A DNA stretch of 37,502 bases from an uncultured bacterium. Lineage in GTDB: Bacteria > Hydrogenedentota > Hydrogenedentia > Hydrogenedentales > JAEUWI01. Each line of letters opens with the position of its first letter. Position 1 is the first letter of the stretch. The DNA lies in contig CAXBPH010000035.1 of the NCBI GenBank assembly GCA_963977445.1, positions 1-37,502 on the forward strand. Reading direction: 5' to 3'. Below, in pieces: positions 10,101-18,535 of this stretch. The notes below the pieces were generated by a model that was given only the letters and a program-made list of their open reading frames with translations, made no database searches and had not been told where the DNA came from. Made by a program: the position numbers and the translations under genes.

Positions 10101-13100
10101 ATGGGGTGCTCGCCCGAATAAACGATCCCGAGCTGCAAGGAGCTATTGCCGAGTCCATGGTAGAGTTGCAAGGGGCACTTGACGAGGAACTCGTAGCCAC
10201 AGAACTGGCCGGATTCACGGTTAGGCTAAGCAATCAAGTTGCGGTTGCCGACGAGTTCGGCCTGGTGAGTTTTGGAAACATCACCATTCCCGATGAGTTT
10301 GGCGCGGGCGGTCCGGGGACCCCACCAGACTTCGTTGGTGATGATATCTTGCGGGTGCTGGGTTTCAAGGAAACTGAAAGTGGCACCCGATACGTGGTGG
10401 GTCCGCCCTTTCAGATCGTGGCGGGTGTCGACTTCAACATAGAGTTTGACGACCTGACGTTTAGCGATACGGTGCCCCCATTTCCACAGACCCTGGAGCT
10501 GAATGCCGATTTCCTGGCGATACCGATGGGTGCAACAAGTCAGCTGACCCTCACCGGACGCTTTTTCAACGGTGCCCCCATTGATCTTACGGAGGCGGGC
10601 GATGGTACCACCTACCGCGTCAGTAATACGACTATTATTACCGTGAGTGCCGATGGGTTGATTGCGGGCGTGGGCACCGGGGTGGCCTATGTGACGGCCA
10701 GCAACAGCAGTGCGACCACAACACGACGGGTCACGGTGTCAGACGATTTAATCATGACAACCGTGGAGGGCCGGATTCTCGACTTCAATGGAGACCCTGT
10801 TTCGGGTGCCCAGGTCAGTACGGCCTTCGGCGGCGATTTGTTTAGCGATCTTGACGGATTCTTTAGCTTCTCCGTGATATTGCCCGGCGCAACGACAGGG
10901 CTTACCCTGATGATTAACGTCAACGGCGATAGCTTCAACTCCGGGGTGCTCAGCGTGGTCAGCGGAGGTACGACCACTGGGGGGGATATCCTCTTCGTTC
11001 CCTCGGATGCAGCAACGACGATCGTGGGGCGCGTGGAGCGCAGTAACGGCAGCCCCGTCGTGGGGGCCACGGTGAATACGGAGCAAGGGGGTGAAGGCAC
11101 GACCGATAGCTTGGGCGCCTTTTCATTCGAGGTGACCCTTCTTGATTTTATGTCGATTACAGCGTTTGCAAACTTCAGCAGTGAAACGGAAAGTCTCATG
11201 GGCGCGTCGGCTCCGGCCGTACCGGTCATAGAAGGTATCACGAACGTCGGTACCATCGAAGTCAATGAGCCGGCCCAGGTGTTCTACCCCCGACAGCGCA
11301 TCTTGACCCAGACGACACCCACGGATTTGGGCATTGCCGATTTTAACGGCGACTCCATTCCAGATGTCGTCGTGGTCAGTCCCGTGCACGATAGTATCGG
11401 GCTGGCCCTCGGACGCGGGGATGGAAGTTTTCACGGGCGGACGGACACGCTGATTGGCACCGATCCCAACTTTGGCATAGGAATCAACCCCGAAGCATTG
11501 GCTACGGGCGATTTTAACAAAGACGGTGCTATGGATGTCGCCACGGCAAATGCTTTTGTCCGTAGCCTTTCGGTGGTGCTGGGGAATGGTAACGGCACCT
11601 TTGTCGCGCCCACCCAGTTCGATACGGGGCTGGCACCAAAGGATATCATTAGCGCCGATCTGGACGGGGACGGAAACCTCGATCTCGCCACGGCGAACGG
11701 CAGCGAAGACACCATATCCGTCCTTTTGGGGAATGGCGATGGCACCTTCGATGACCAAGTGGTGTACGCGGTAAATGATTTTCCCGTGTTTCTGCGCGTG
11801 GCAGATTTCAACGGCGACGAGGTGCCTGATCTGGCCTCAGCAAACGATGGTCAGTTCTCCGCCTCCGTTTCCATCTTGCTGGGTGTTGGCGATGGAACCT
11901 TTGAGCCCCAGCGTTCTTTTGAGACCGGCATCGATACGGTTTCTCTCGCCACCGGCGATTTTGATGACGATGGGAACGTGGATATAGCGGTGAACCGTGC
12001 CGCCCTCTCTGGTCATCTCCTTACCATTTTCCAGGGCAACGGGGATGGCACGTTTATGATGACATCGGAGGTGCCCGTACTCTTGGTCGGTGGCATTGAG
12101 TCCGTCGATCTCGATGAGGATGGTGATCTGGATCTTCTCGTCTCCTTTTCTGGTCAACAATTCGGCGTGCAGATTTTGGTCGGAAACGGTGACGGCACCT
12201 TCGCCCTCGGGAGTCAGTTGGATGGGGGACAGTTTCCCCGGCGGGTGCTCGCCGCAGATCTGAATGACGATGGCAGTCTGGACGTGGCCCAGGTAAATCG
12301 GCAGAGCGACGATGTGTCCGTCTATCTCGCTGCGGCCGATGGCGTGTTTGATGACCTGCGATTCGGTGCCGGAACCGCGCCACTGCTTGTTGAGTTGACC
12401 CACGTGAATAGTGACGACAACATCGACGCGGTTGTCCTGAATAATGACAATACCAGCTCGCCTGTTTATTCCGTGTCCGTACTCGCCGGCAATGGCGATG
12501 GTACCTTCGCGGAAAGTGTGGAGACACCGTTAATGAGCACGCCAAATGCCATGGTGACCGGTGATCTCAATGGTGACGGAAATAGTGATGTTGTGGTATC
12601 CCGCTGTTGCGATGGTATGACGGACATCTTGTTGAGTGATGGCTCCGGTGCTTTCCAATCGGTGACTACCATCACGGTTGGTGACGGACTTTCCAATTTC
12701 GCCTTGGGCGATGTCGATGGCGATGGAAACCTGGACCTCGCACGGATTCAGGTTTTTGGCCAGTCGGAGGAGTTCGCCATACTGCTGGGCAAGGGAGACG
12801 GTACCTTCGAAACACCCCTAGCTTTTGCAGGGGGTGCGAGCCCCTACGCGGTTTCCCTGGTCGACATGAATAGCGACGAGCAATTGGATGTGGTCATCGC
12901 GCAGTTTACGGGGATTACGGTGGCCTTGGGCAGTGGTGACGGAACTTTCGCCACGCCTGCCATGAGAGCCGGTCTGAGCAATCCCACGGGCCTGGCCGTA
13001 GGCGACCTCAATGCCGATGGGGCACCCGATGTCGTTGTGGTCGAGATCAGCAACTCCGACCTGGTGGTTGCCTTGGGGAATGGTGATGGCACCCTGGCGG

Positions 13101-13378
13101 CATTCGTGCCTCAGGACGTCCGCCTCAATCCGGGTGCCGTCTCCCTGTCTGACATAAGCGGGGATGGCGTGCTGGATGCCCTCGTGGCGAATGAGCAGGC
13201 GAATACGATAGAAGTACATATCGGCCTTGGCGATGGTACGTTTGCCAGAGTCGATAGCTACGGTATCGGTCAGGCGCCCGTCGACATCGATGTGGTGGAT
13301 CTCAATGGAGACGATCTTCCCGATGTGGTGAGTGCCAACGAACGACAACGGGGTATCGGCGTCTTACTCCACAAGTAA
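7136..13378 (+). CDS. Giant surface lipoprotein: PKD + Ig-like repeats + Cys-rich helical domain + carboxypeptidase-regulatory-like domains + 14 FG-GAP/VCBS repeats
   Basis: ATG 7136 after AGGGAG (ORF track starts at 7088); lipobox LLNGC; PKD WAWNFGDG; Ig-like segments (VSGNGQ, TDEGGVA); 14 DxNxDGxxD-type repeats from ~11320 to the end. Confidence 0.85.
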   Translation: MSIQRLPRVLWFFFFVVLLNGCLEPVPDPDPVPDPDPSTDVGPKASFTADATSGPAPSLISFADTSVAGTAAISAWAWNFGDGLESTRQNPVHDFGEPGRYTVALTVTTSVGSNTSTQSDFIEIVAVPPAMPTVVAPAGPVTGSSVMLAGETSPGASLLITGGVENVAAIADEEGAFGATVLIGANRISRLFVTASLNGLASPPVPVEILQDMQPPTVFIDYPASGEQLTEELVTVTGRVGDLLSGFTGLQVSLGGIAGQIAMAVGNTGTFEVANVPLSLGDNLLEVSAMDGAGNAMTDTITVTRVAPAGDRLQIVSGNGQKGIARMALPEPLAVSLTDENGVPIVGRALAFEVVRSDGRLDGTADFMTPRLTLETTTDEGGVARAYLRLGVDAGCGNNRVVVRDAISGRQLTFCASAEAGMASQLNLVTGNNQRAAVKGMTPEKLRVRVSDGDNGVPGVMVDFMAMVGGGEVNGEIVATVATDARGIAEVSWVLGEEGGPNTVVAECLENAGAPVYFEALAVASTEGVTTSLSGVVLDNSSLPIGGAPCELEINGQSLPSVVSDGEGRFTFSDIPAGQGHLHVGGLVATQLNGESLEAGSFPDLAVAVTVVEKAANTLPTPVLLPMLDPANARTYDGTADVELIVAGIEGLRMIVRAGSMRRADGSVPSPSDPALLALNQVHTDDIPMPLPNGVSSPFAWTLQPSGATFDPPVEIVYPNMAGLPAGAASFFLSFNHDTGAFEVVGTGAVSSDGSEIVTDRGSGISVAGWGGNCPPYSATGGASACEANLNALLKESVRFIIAVGKDLNKFTQVLSCFSDIAFNGPDCIKAYRTFHDDGANDAVKAEAALKCAKALKTVANNCADIFLTIDPFKLAGRAKLLSDGIARALAAAQENKCFVGSTGQRVLKGLEAINNMINPFLDLASDASPRKLLITTACFFMQTIVDGLEFGKIPNKGGALYSEETLAELDEMFDALPAMLDELVAGNDGVLARINDPELQGAIAESMVELQGALDEELVATELAGFTVRLSNQVAVADEFGLVSFGNITIPDEFGAGGPGTPPDFVGDDILRVLGFKETESGTRYVVGPPFQIVAGVDFNIEFDDLTFSDTVPPFPQTLELNADFLAIPMGATSQLTLTGRFFNGAPIDLTEAGDGTTYRVSNTTIITVSADGLIAGVGTGVAYVTASNSSATTTRRVTVSDDLIMTTVEGRILDFNGDPVSGAQVSTAFGGDLFSDLDGFFSFSVILPGATTGLTLMINVNGDSFNSGVLSVVSGGTTTGGDILFVPSDAATTIVGRVERSNGSPVVGATVNTEQGGEGTTDSLGAFSFEVTLLDFMSITAFANFSSETESLMGASAPAVPVIEGITNVGTIEVNEPAQVFYPRQRILTQTTPTDLGIADFNGDSIPDVVVVSPVHDSIGLALGRGDGSFHGRTDTLIGTDPNFGIGINPEALATGDFNKDGAMDVATANAFVRSLSVVLGNGNGTFVAPTQFDTGLAPKDIISADLDGDGNLDLATANGSEDTISVLLGNGDGTFDDQVVYAVNDFPVFLRVADFNGDEVPDLASANDGQFSASVSILLGVGDGTFEPQRSFETGIDTVSLATGDFDDDGNVDIAVNRAALSGHLLTIFQGNGDGTFMMTSEVPVLLVGGIESVDLDEDGDLDLLVSFSGQQFGVQILVGNGDGTFALGSQLDGGQFPRRVLAADLNDDGSLDVAQVNRQSDDVSVYLAAADGVFDDLRFGAGTAPLLVELTHVNSDDNIDAVVLNNDNTSSPVYSVSVLAGNGDGTFAESVETPLMSTPNAMVTGDLNGDGNSDVVVSRCCDGMTDILLSDGSGAFQSVTTITVGDGLSNFALGDVDGDGNLDLARIQVFGQSEEFAILLGKGDGTFETPLAFAGGASPYAVSLVDMNSDEQLDVVIAQFTGITVALGSGDGTFATPAMRAGLSNPTGLAVGDLNADGAPDVVVVEISNSDLVVALGNGDGTLAAFVPQDVRLNPGAVSLSDISGDGVLDALVANEQANTIEVHIGLGDGTFARVDSYGIGQAPVDIDVVDLNGDDLPDVVSANERQRGIGVLLHK
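7208..7243 (+). repeat. 18-bp tandem repeat x2 encoding the PVPDPD linker
   Basis: CCCGTTCCTGATCCCGAT repeated exactly twice. Confidence 0.9.
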
Positions 13379-13402
13379 AAAACATCTCTGACGAACCCAG
13401 CC

Positions 13403-13444
13403 GTCGGCCCGATTTTCTCTTTAGAAAATCGGGTCGATGTTTAT
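13403..13444 (+). terminator. Probable intrinsic terminator after the giant lipoprotein gene
   Basis: GTCGGCCCGATTTTCT-CTTT-AGAAAATCGGGTCGAT stem with a short T-rich tail. Confidence 0.65.
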
Positions 13445-13605
13445 GGTAGGTAGCGTGGGACCATTCGGGTGGGAAGGGCAATGCGCATAGGCAGGGATAG
13501 CAACAGATAGCCGGCAGGTTGATGGGTGCCGGGTGCTGTCTTTTCTATCGTGCGTGGGGTGACACTCATGTAGTACCATCCCGCGATCTTAACCTGGAGT
13601 ACCCC

Positions 13606-14853
13606 GTGAACGAAATTGCCGAAGATGCCGTCTTGCAGGAAATAGAAGCTGCCCAACCCGTGCCCCCCGGTGCAGTTAAAACGACCATGAGCGTGTTGGT
13701 GGGACTCAGCCTTTCCCACATGCTCAACGACACGATTCAGGCCCTGATTCCTGCGATTTATCCCGTGCTCAAGACGAATTACTCCCTGACCTTTACGGAA
13801 ATCGGCTTGATTACCGTGGCGTTTCAGGTTTCCTCGTCCCTCTTGCAGCCTCTGGTTGGTCTCTATACCGATCGCCACCCCAAACCCTATTCCCTTCCCG
13901 TCGGCATGTGCATTACGCTCTGTGGCTTGCTCTTGCTCGCATCCGCAGGGGATTTTCATATGATTCTGGTTTCGGCGGCCCTCATAGGCGCGGGTTCATC
14001 GATTTTTCACCCCGAAGCGTCGCGGCTGGCCCACCTGGCCGCCGGTAAGCGCCACGGCTTTGCCCAGAGCCTCTTTCAGGTCGGCGGTAATTTTGGTAGC
14101 TCCCTCGGCCCACTTCTGGCCGCCTGGATCATCGTGCCCCGTGGACAACATGCGATTGCGTGGTTTTCCATCGTCGCCTGCGTGGGAATTGTTTTACTCA
14201 CCGCCGTGGGCCGGTGGTATAGCGCCCACCTGAGCGAACGGCGTCGTGCGCCCGCCTCATCGGCACCCGTGGTGAAAAAGTACAGTCTTTCAGCGGTTCG
14301 GGTTCGATTCGCCCTCTTGGTGCTTATCGTCCTCATTATTTCCAAATATTTCTACCTCATCAGCTTGACCAACTATTACACCTTTTATCTTATAAAGAAA
14401 TTCGACGTATCCGTGCAGGAATCTCAGATCTACCTCTTTCTGTTTCTCTTTGCCGTGGCGGCCGGTACCATCGCGGGCGGTCCCCTGGGGGACCGTTTCG
14501 GACGGAAGGCCGTAATCTGGGCATCGATTCTGGGCGTGGCCCCATTCTCACTCGCCTTGCCCCATACCGGACTCGTGGGTACCGTGATTCTCAGTATTTT
14601 TGCCGGACTCATACTCGCATCTGCCTTCTCGGCCATCCTGGTATTCGCGCAGGAGCTGGTGCCGGGCCGGGTGGGGCTGGTCGCGGGGCTGTTTTTTGGT
14701 TTCGCCTTCGGCGTCAGTGGTATCGCGTCGGCGGCACTGGGAAAGCTGGCCGATTTGACCAGTATAGAATACGTCTTTCAGGTCTGCGCCTATTTGCCCC
14801 TGATTGGCATGTTCGCCGCCTTCCTGCCCGGAACCCGGGATAGGGTGGCTTGA
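13606..14853 (+). CDS. fsr: MFS transporter, fosmidomycin-resistance (Fsr) family
   Basis: SHMLNDTIQ, LLQPLVG..TDR, GSSIFHPEASR, AQSLFQVGGNFG, GGPLGDRFGRK, AQELVPGRVG; ~12 TM. GTG 13606 after GGAG is preferred over 13519. Confidence 0.88.
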   Translation: MNEIAEDAVLQEIEAAQPVPPGAVKTTMSVLVGLSLSHMLNDTIQALIPAIYPVLKTNYSLTFTEIGLITVAFQVSSSLLQPLVGLYTDRHPKPYSLPVGMCITLCGLLLLASAGDFHMILVSAALIGAGSSIFHPEASRLAHLAAGKRHGFAQSLFQVGGNFGSSLGPLLAAWIIVPRGQHAIAWFSIVACVGIVLLTAVGRWYSAHLSERRRAPASSAPVVKKYSLSAVRVRFALLVLIVLIISKYFYLISLTNYYTFYLIKKFDVSVQESQIYLFLFLFAVAAGTIAGGPLGDRFGRKAVIWASILGVAPFSLALPHTGLVGTVILSIFAGLILASAFSAILVFAQELVPGRVGLVAGLFFGFAFGVSGIASAALGKLADLTSIEYVFQVCAYLPLIGMFAAFLPGTRDRVA

Positions 14854-15056
14854 CGGACTGCCGCCAATGAAGTTCGCAGCGTATTGATTGATACACGCAG
14901 GAAGTTATCCGTCATAGACCAGCTGATGACGGGTTGCCGTCTTTTGCCCACATCGTCGCTCGATGGTGTGGGCTTTTTCTGTTTTTATGGCCATCGGCGG
15001 ATTCCGTCGCCGCGAGTACCCTGATTTTTGAATCCATGGACATCGTATAAATCGAC

Positions 15057-15085
15057 TTGACAGATACCCCCTAGGGGTATATAAT
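15057..15085 (+). promoter_or_regulatory. Sigma70 promoter with CsoR operator in the spacer
   Basis: TTGACA(15057-62), 17 nt, TATAAT(15080-85); palindrome ATACCCC-CTA-GGGGTAT(15064-80), a G/C-tract operator of CsoR/RcnR type. Confidence 0.9.
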
Positions 15086-15112
15086 TGAGCTAGACATTCA
15101 GGAGAGTCAGCT

Positions 15113-15403
15113 ATGTTGAACAGCGAAAAACAGAAGAAAGTCGCCCATCGACTCAAACGCATTGAAGGCCAGGTGGCGGGTGTGCGACGTATGGTGGAGG
15201 AGGGCAAGTATTGTGTTGACATCCTCCTGCAACTCTCCGCCGCCCAGGCAGCACTTGCCCAGGCCAGCAAGGTGGTCCTGGCAGATCATATGGCAACCTG
15301 TGTTGCCGACACCTTCGAGACGGGTAGCGATGCCGAACGCGAAAATAAAATTGCCGAGCTGATGGATGTTTTTATTCGTTACGCAGGCACAGGCAAGCGA
15401 TAG
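15113..15403 (+). CDS. csoR: Copper-sensing repressor CsoR
   Basis: [15 protein letters not shown] (Cys ligand), HMATC (His-x3-Cys); RBS AGGAG; directly upstream of a Cu-ATPase. Confidence 0.92.
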   Translation: MLNSEKQKKVAHRLKRIEGQVAGVRRMVEEGKYCVDILLQLSAAQAALAQASKVVLADHMATCVADTFETGSDAERENKIAELMDVFIRYAGTGKR

Positions 15404-15459
15404 ACCAATGTCGATCGCGCCAGAACTTTTGTTCCACCTCAACCGAAAGCGAGGTTTTT

Positions 15460-17787
15460 ATGAAACACGCCCACGCTGAAAAAGAAGTGGCTGGGAAAGC
15501 CGTTGACAAAGATCCGGTTTGCGGTATGGACGTATCCCCCGATACGGCCAAGCACACCCATGTACACGACGAGACGACCTACTATTTCTGTAGTGCCGGT
15601 TGCCTGGAAAAATTCAAAAAGGCCCCCGATGACTATTTGAAGCCCCAGGAATCGGAATCCGATCCGGCAGACAGCGCCCGCACCTATACCTGTCCCATGC
15701 ACCCCGAAGTGACCCAGCAAGGCCCCGGATCCTGTCCAAAATGTGGCATGGCCCTGGAGCCCGCCGATGGGGACGGTGGTGAAGAAGACACGACCGAGCT
15801 GGATGGGATGAAGCGCCGCCTGTGGGTGGGGGTGGTGCTAACGGTTCCCATATTTATCATCGCTATGGGGGCGATGGTACCGGGGCTCGAAGACGTATTT
15901 GCTCCACCTTGGTGGCGGTGGGTAGAGCTGGTATTGGCCACGCCCGTCGTCCTCTGGTGTGGTGGTGTGTTTTTTCAGCGGGGTTGGCAGTCCGTGTTGA
16001 ACCGCAGTCCCAACATGTTTACCCTTATTGCGCTGGGCACCGGCGTGGCCTATGTCTATAGCCTGGTGGCCGCTATCGCGCCAGGATTATTCCCGTCCAG
16101 TTTCCAGGATGACCTGGGCCACGTGGCGCTCTACTTTGAATCGGCCGCCGTTATCATTACCCTGGTTCTCGTCGGGCAGGTCTTGGAGTTGAAAGCCCGG
16201 AGTCAGACGGCCGGGGCCATCCGCGCCTTGCTGGAGCTTGCTCCCCGTTCTGCCCGGCGGATTCGAGAAGACGGTGAAGAGGAAGATGTCCCGCTGGATG
16301 AAGTGGTGGAAGGGGATCGGCTTCGGGTGCGACCCGGAGAACGCATTCCCGTGGATGGTGTCATCGACGAAGGCGAAAGCAGTGTGGACGAGTCCATGAT
16401 CACGGGCGAAGCGATGGCGGTGAAGAAAAGCGCCGACGACTCCGTAACGGGCGGTACTGTCAATGGCAACGGCAGCTTCATCATGCACGCAGAGCGGGTG
16501 GGCAAAGATACCACCCTCGCCCGAATTGTCGACATGGTCAAACAGGCCCAACGGAGTCGCGCGCCCATTCAGCAGGTGGCCGACACCGTGGCAGGATATT
16601 TTGTTCCGGCCGTCTTGGTCATCTCCGTGATCACCTTTGTGGTGTGGATGTTGCTCGGGCCCTCACCGGCCATCGCCTATGCCCTGGTCAACAGCATCGC
16701 CGTGCTCATCATCGCCTGCCCCTGCGCCCTCGGGCTCGCGACGCCCATATCCATTATGGTGGGTACCGGTCGGGGCGCCCAGGCCGGTGTCCTCCTCCGG
16801 AGTGCGGAATCTCTCGAAGCCATGGAGCGGGTCGATGTGTTGGTCGTTGACAAGACCGGTACCCTCACGGAAGGCCGCCCCCGCGTGGTAACCGTTGAGG
16901 TCGAATCCGGTCACAGTGAGGACGACGTAGTGAGATTTGCAGGTGCCCTCGAACGGGGCAGTGAACACCCCCTTGCGGCGGCCATCCTTGCCGAGGCCAA
17001 GGAGCGGGATCTGTCGTTAGCCGACGCACAAGACTTCGAAGCCGTCACCGGCAAAGGTGTCACAGGTATCATCGACGGTAAGAAAGTACTCCTGGGAAAC
17101 GGAGCGCTCCTCGCCGACCATGGTGTGGACACCGCGAGCCTCGTTGACCGTGCCGAGGCGCTGCGCGAGAAGGCCCAGACAGCCGTGTTGCTTGCGGTCG
17201 ATGGCAAGCCCGTGGGCGTGTTGGGCATCGCTGACCCCATAAAGGAAAGCACGCCCGACGCCTTGAAAGCCCTTCGGGCCGATGGCCTTCGCATCGTGAT
17301 GCTTACGGGGGACAGCGAGACCACCGCCAACGCCGTCGCCCGGGAGTTAGGGATTGACGAAGTGCATGCCGGCGTCATGCCCGAAGAAAAACTGCAGCAC
17401 ATCAAGGACCTTCAGGCGGGAGGCGCGACCGTAGCCATGGCAGGCGACGGCACCAACGATGCACCGGCATTGGCCCAGGCCGAAGTGGGCATTGCCATGG
17501 GCTCGGGCACGGATGTCGCCATGGAAAGCGCTGGTATTACCCTGGTGAAAGGCGATTTGTCGGGCATCGTCCGGGCACGTCACCTGAGCCGGGCAACCAT
17601 GCGCAATATTCGCCAGAACCTGTTTTTTGCCTTTGCCTACAACGCCTTGGGTATACCCCTGGCAGCCGGTATCCTCTATCCGGTATTCGGATTGCTGCTC
17701 AGTCCCATGATCGCCGCCGCCGCCATGAGTCTCAGCTCTGTGTCTGTGGTCGGCAACGCCCTTCGCCTTCGAAATATCGACCTGTAG
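15460..17787 (+). CDS. copA: Cu(I)/Ag(I)-translocating P1B-type ATPase with N-terminal YHS and CPMHP metal-binding domains
   Basis: DPVCGM..YYFCS (YHS), [48 protein letters not shown]. Confidence 0.95.
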   Translation: MKHAHAEKEVAGKAVDKDPVCGMDVSPDTAKHTHVHDETTYYFCSAGCLEKFKKAPDDYLKPQESESDPADSARTYTCPMHPEVTQQGPGSCPKCGMALEPADGDGGEEDTTELDGMKRRLWVGVVLTVPIFIIAMGAMVPGLEDVFAPPWWRWVELVLATPVVLWCGGVFFQRGWQSVLNRSPNMFTLIALGTGVAYVYSLVAAIAPGLFPSSFQDDLGHVALYFESAAVIITLVLVGQVLELKARSQTAGAIRALLELAPRSARRIREDGEEEDVPLDEVVEGDRLRVRPGERIPVDGVIDEGESSVDESMITGEAMAVKKSADDSVTGGTVNGNGSFIMHAERVGKDTTLARIVDMVKQAQRSRAPIQQVADTVAGYFVPAVLVISVITFVVWMLLGPSPAIAYALVNSIAVLIIACPCALGLATPISIMVGTGRGAQAGVLLRSAESLEAMERVDVLVVDKTGTLTEGRPRVVTVEVESGHSEDDVVRFAGALERGSEHPLAAAILAEAKERDLSLADAQDFEAVTGKGVTGIIDGKKVLLGNGALLADHGVDTASLVDRAEALREKAQTAVLLAVDGKPVGVLGIADPIKESTPDALKALRADGLRIVMLTGDSETTANAVARELGIDEVHAGVMPEEKLQHIKDLQAGGATVAMAGDGTNDAPALAQAEVGIAMGSGTDVAMESAGITLVKGDLSGIVRARHLSRATMRNIRQNLFFAFAYNALGIPLAAGILYPVFGLLLSPMIAAAAMSLSSVSVVGNALRLRNIDL

Positions 17788-17804
17788 GGAGTGGCTGCCA
17801 CTGC

Positions 17805-17847
17805 GGAGGGACGCAATGATACGGTTGGCCTATCATTGCGTTCCTTC
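17805..17847. terminator. Hairpin between convergent genes (probable bidirectional terminator)
   Basis: Perfect 11-bp stem ACGCAATGATA/TATCATTGCGT, extendable by GGAGGG/TCCTTC with G-U pairs. Confidence 0.55.
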
Positions 17848-17911
17848 GACTTCGGTTTCACGAAAGGAGGGGGCTTGCGCTCCCTGGTGGGTGATTGGGT
17901 TCGGTCGTCAC

Positions 17912-18466
17912 TCAGTTTGAGAGGAACGTATATCGATAGGAAATAGACTTCGTTTCGTCGGCGGCCACCGTGATGCGCCAGGTTAGCTCGGTGCTGGGAT
18001 TCAATTGTCCCGGACCGGCCGCACCGACGACCTGGCCGGGATTGCCATCAACGCGGACGATGTCGCCAGCGAGCTCTTTGCGGATGACCATGTTGACCGC
18101 TTCCTTGCGCAAATTTAGAATCGTCAGGGTGCCGTCCAGGGTGCTGCGGAAAAAGTTCTGACGGCCACGGGTAACGGCTTCCCGCTCGGCGACTTCAACT
18201 TCTTCGGTCCGCCCCGGAACACTTAGTGTCTTTGTGACGTAGGCCAGGCTTTCATTGCCGGGATTAACCCATTGGGTCGTTCGCTTGCCGATAAAGCGCC
18301 CATCCTCCACAACCAATGTCGGTCCCGTGGTCATCGGGAAAGGGAAGGGGTTCCGGAAGCGGACGGCATCCCAAAGCTCAGTCGTGTCGCTGTTGGTCGC
18401 ACCAGCGGGCATCGTCCTTTCTACGACGGTGTCACAAGACGCCTGGCATGGCCCGAACCTTGACAT
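17912..18466 (-). pseudogene. Probable 5'-truncated DUF4139-like gene (C-terminal beta domain only)
   Basis: LWDAVRFRNP..PMTTGP..GRFIG, GTLTILNLRKEAV, ELTWRITVAADETKSISYRY resemble DUF4139 C-termini; no signal peptide, no clear RBS and no room for an N-terminal part. Confidence 0.45.
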
Positions 18467-18535
18467 GGAATCCCATGGCCGCTACCATCATTGGTTATAA
18501 CAACTGGACAGCTAACCGAAAAGGACGTAAAGAGC

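Noticed and set aside
11320..13375. Recurrent GGCGATGG-like DNA motifs as a DNA repeat array
   Set aside because: They are explained by degenerate FG-GAP protein repeats.
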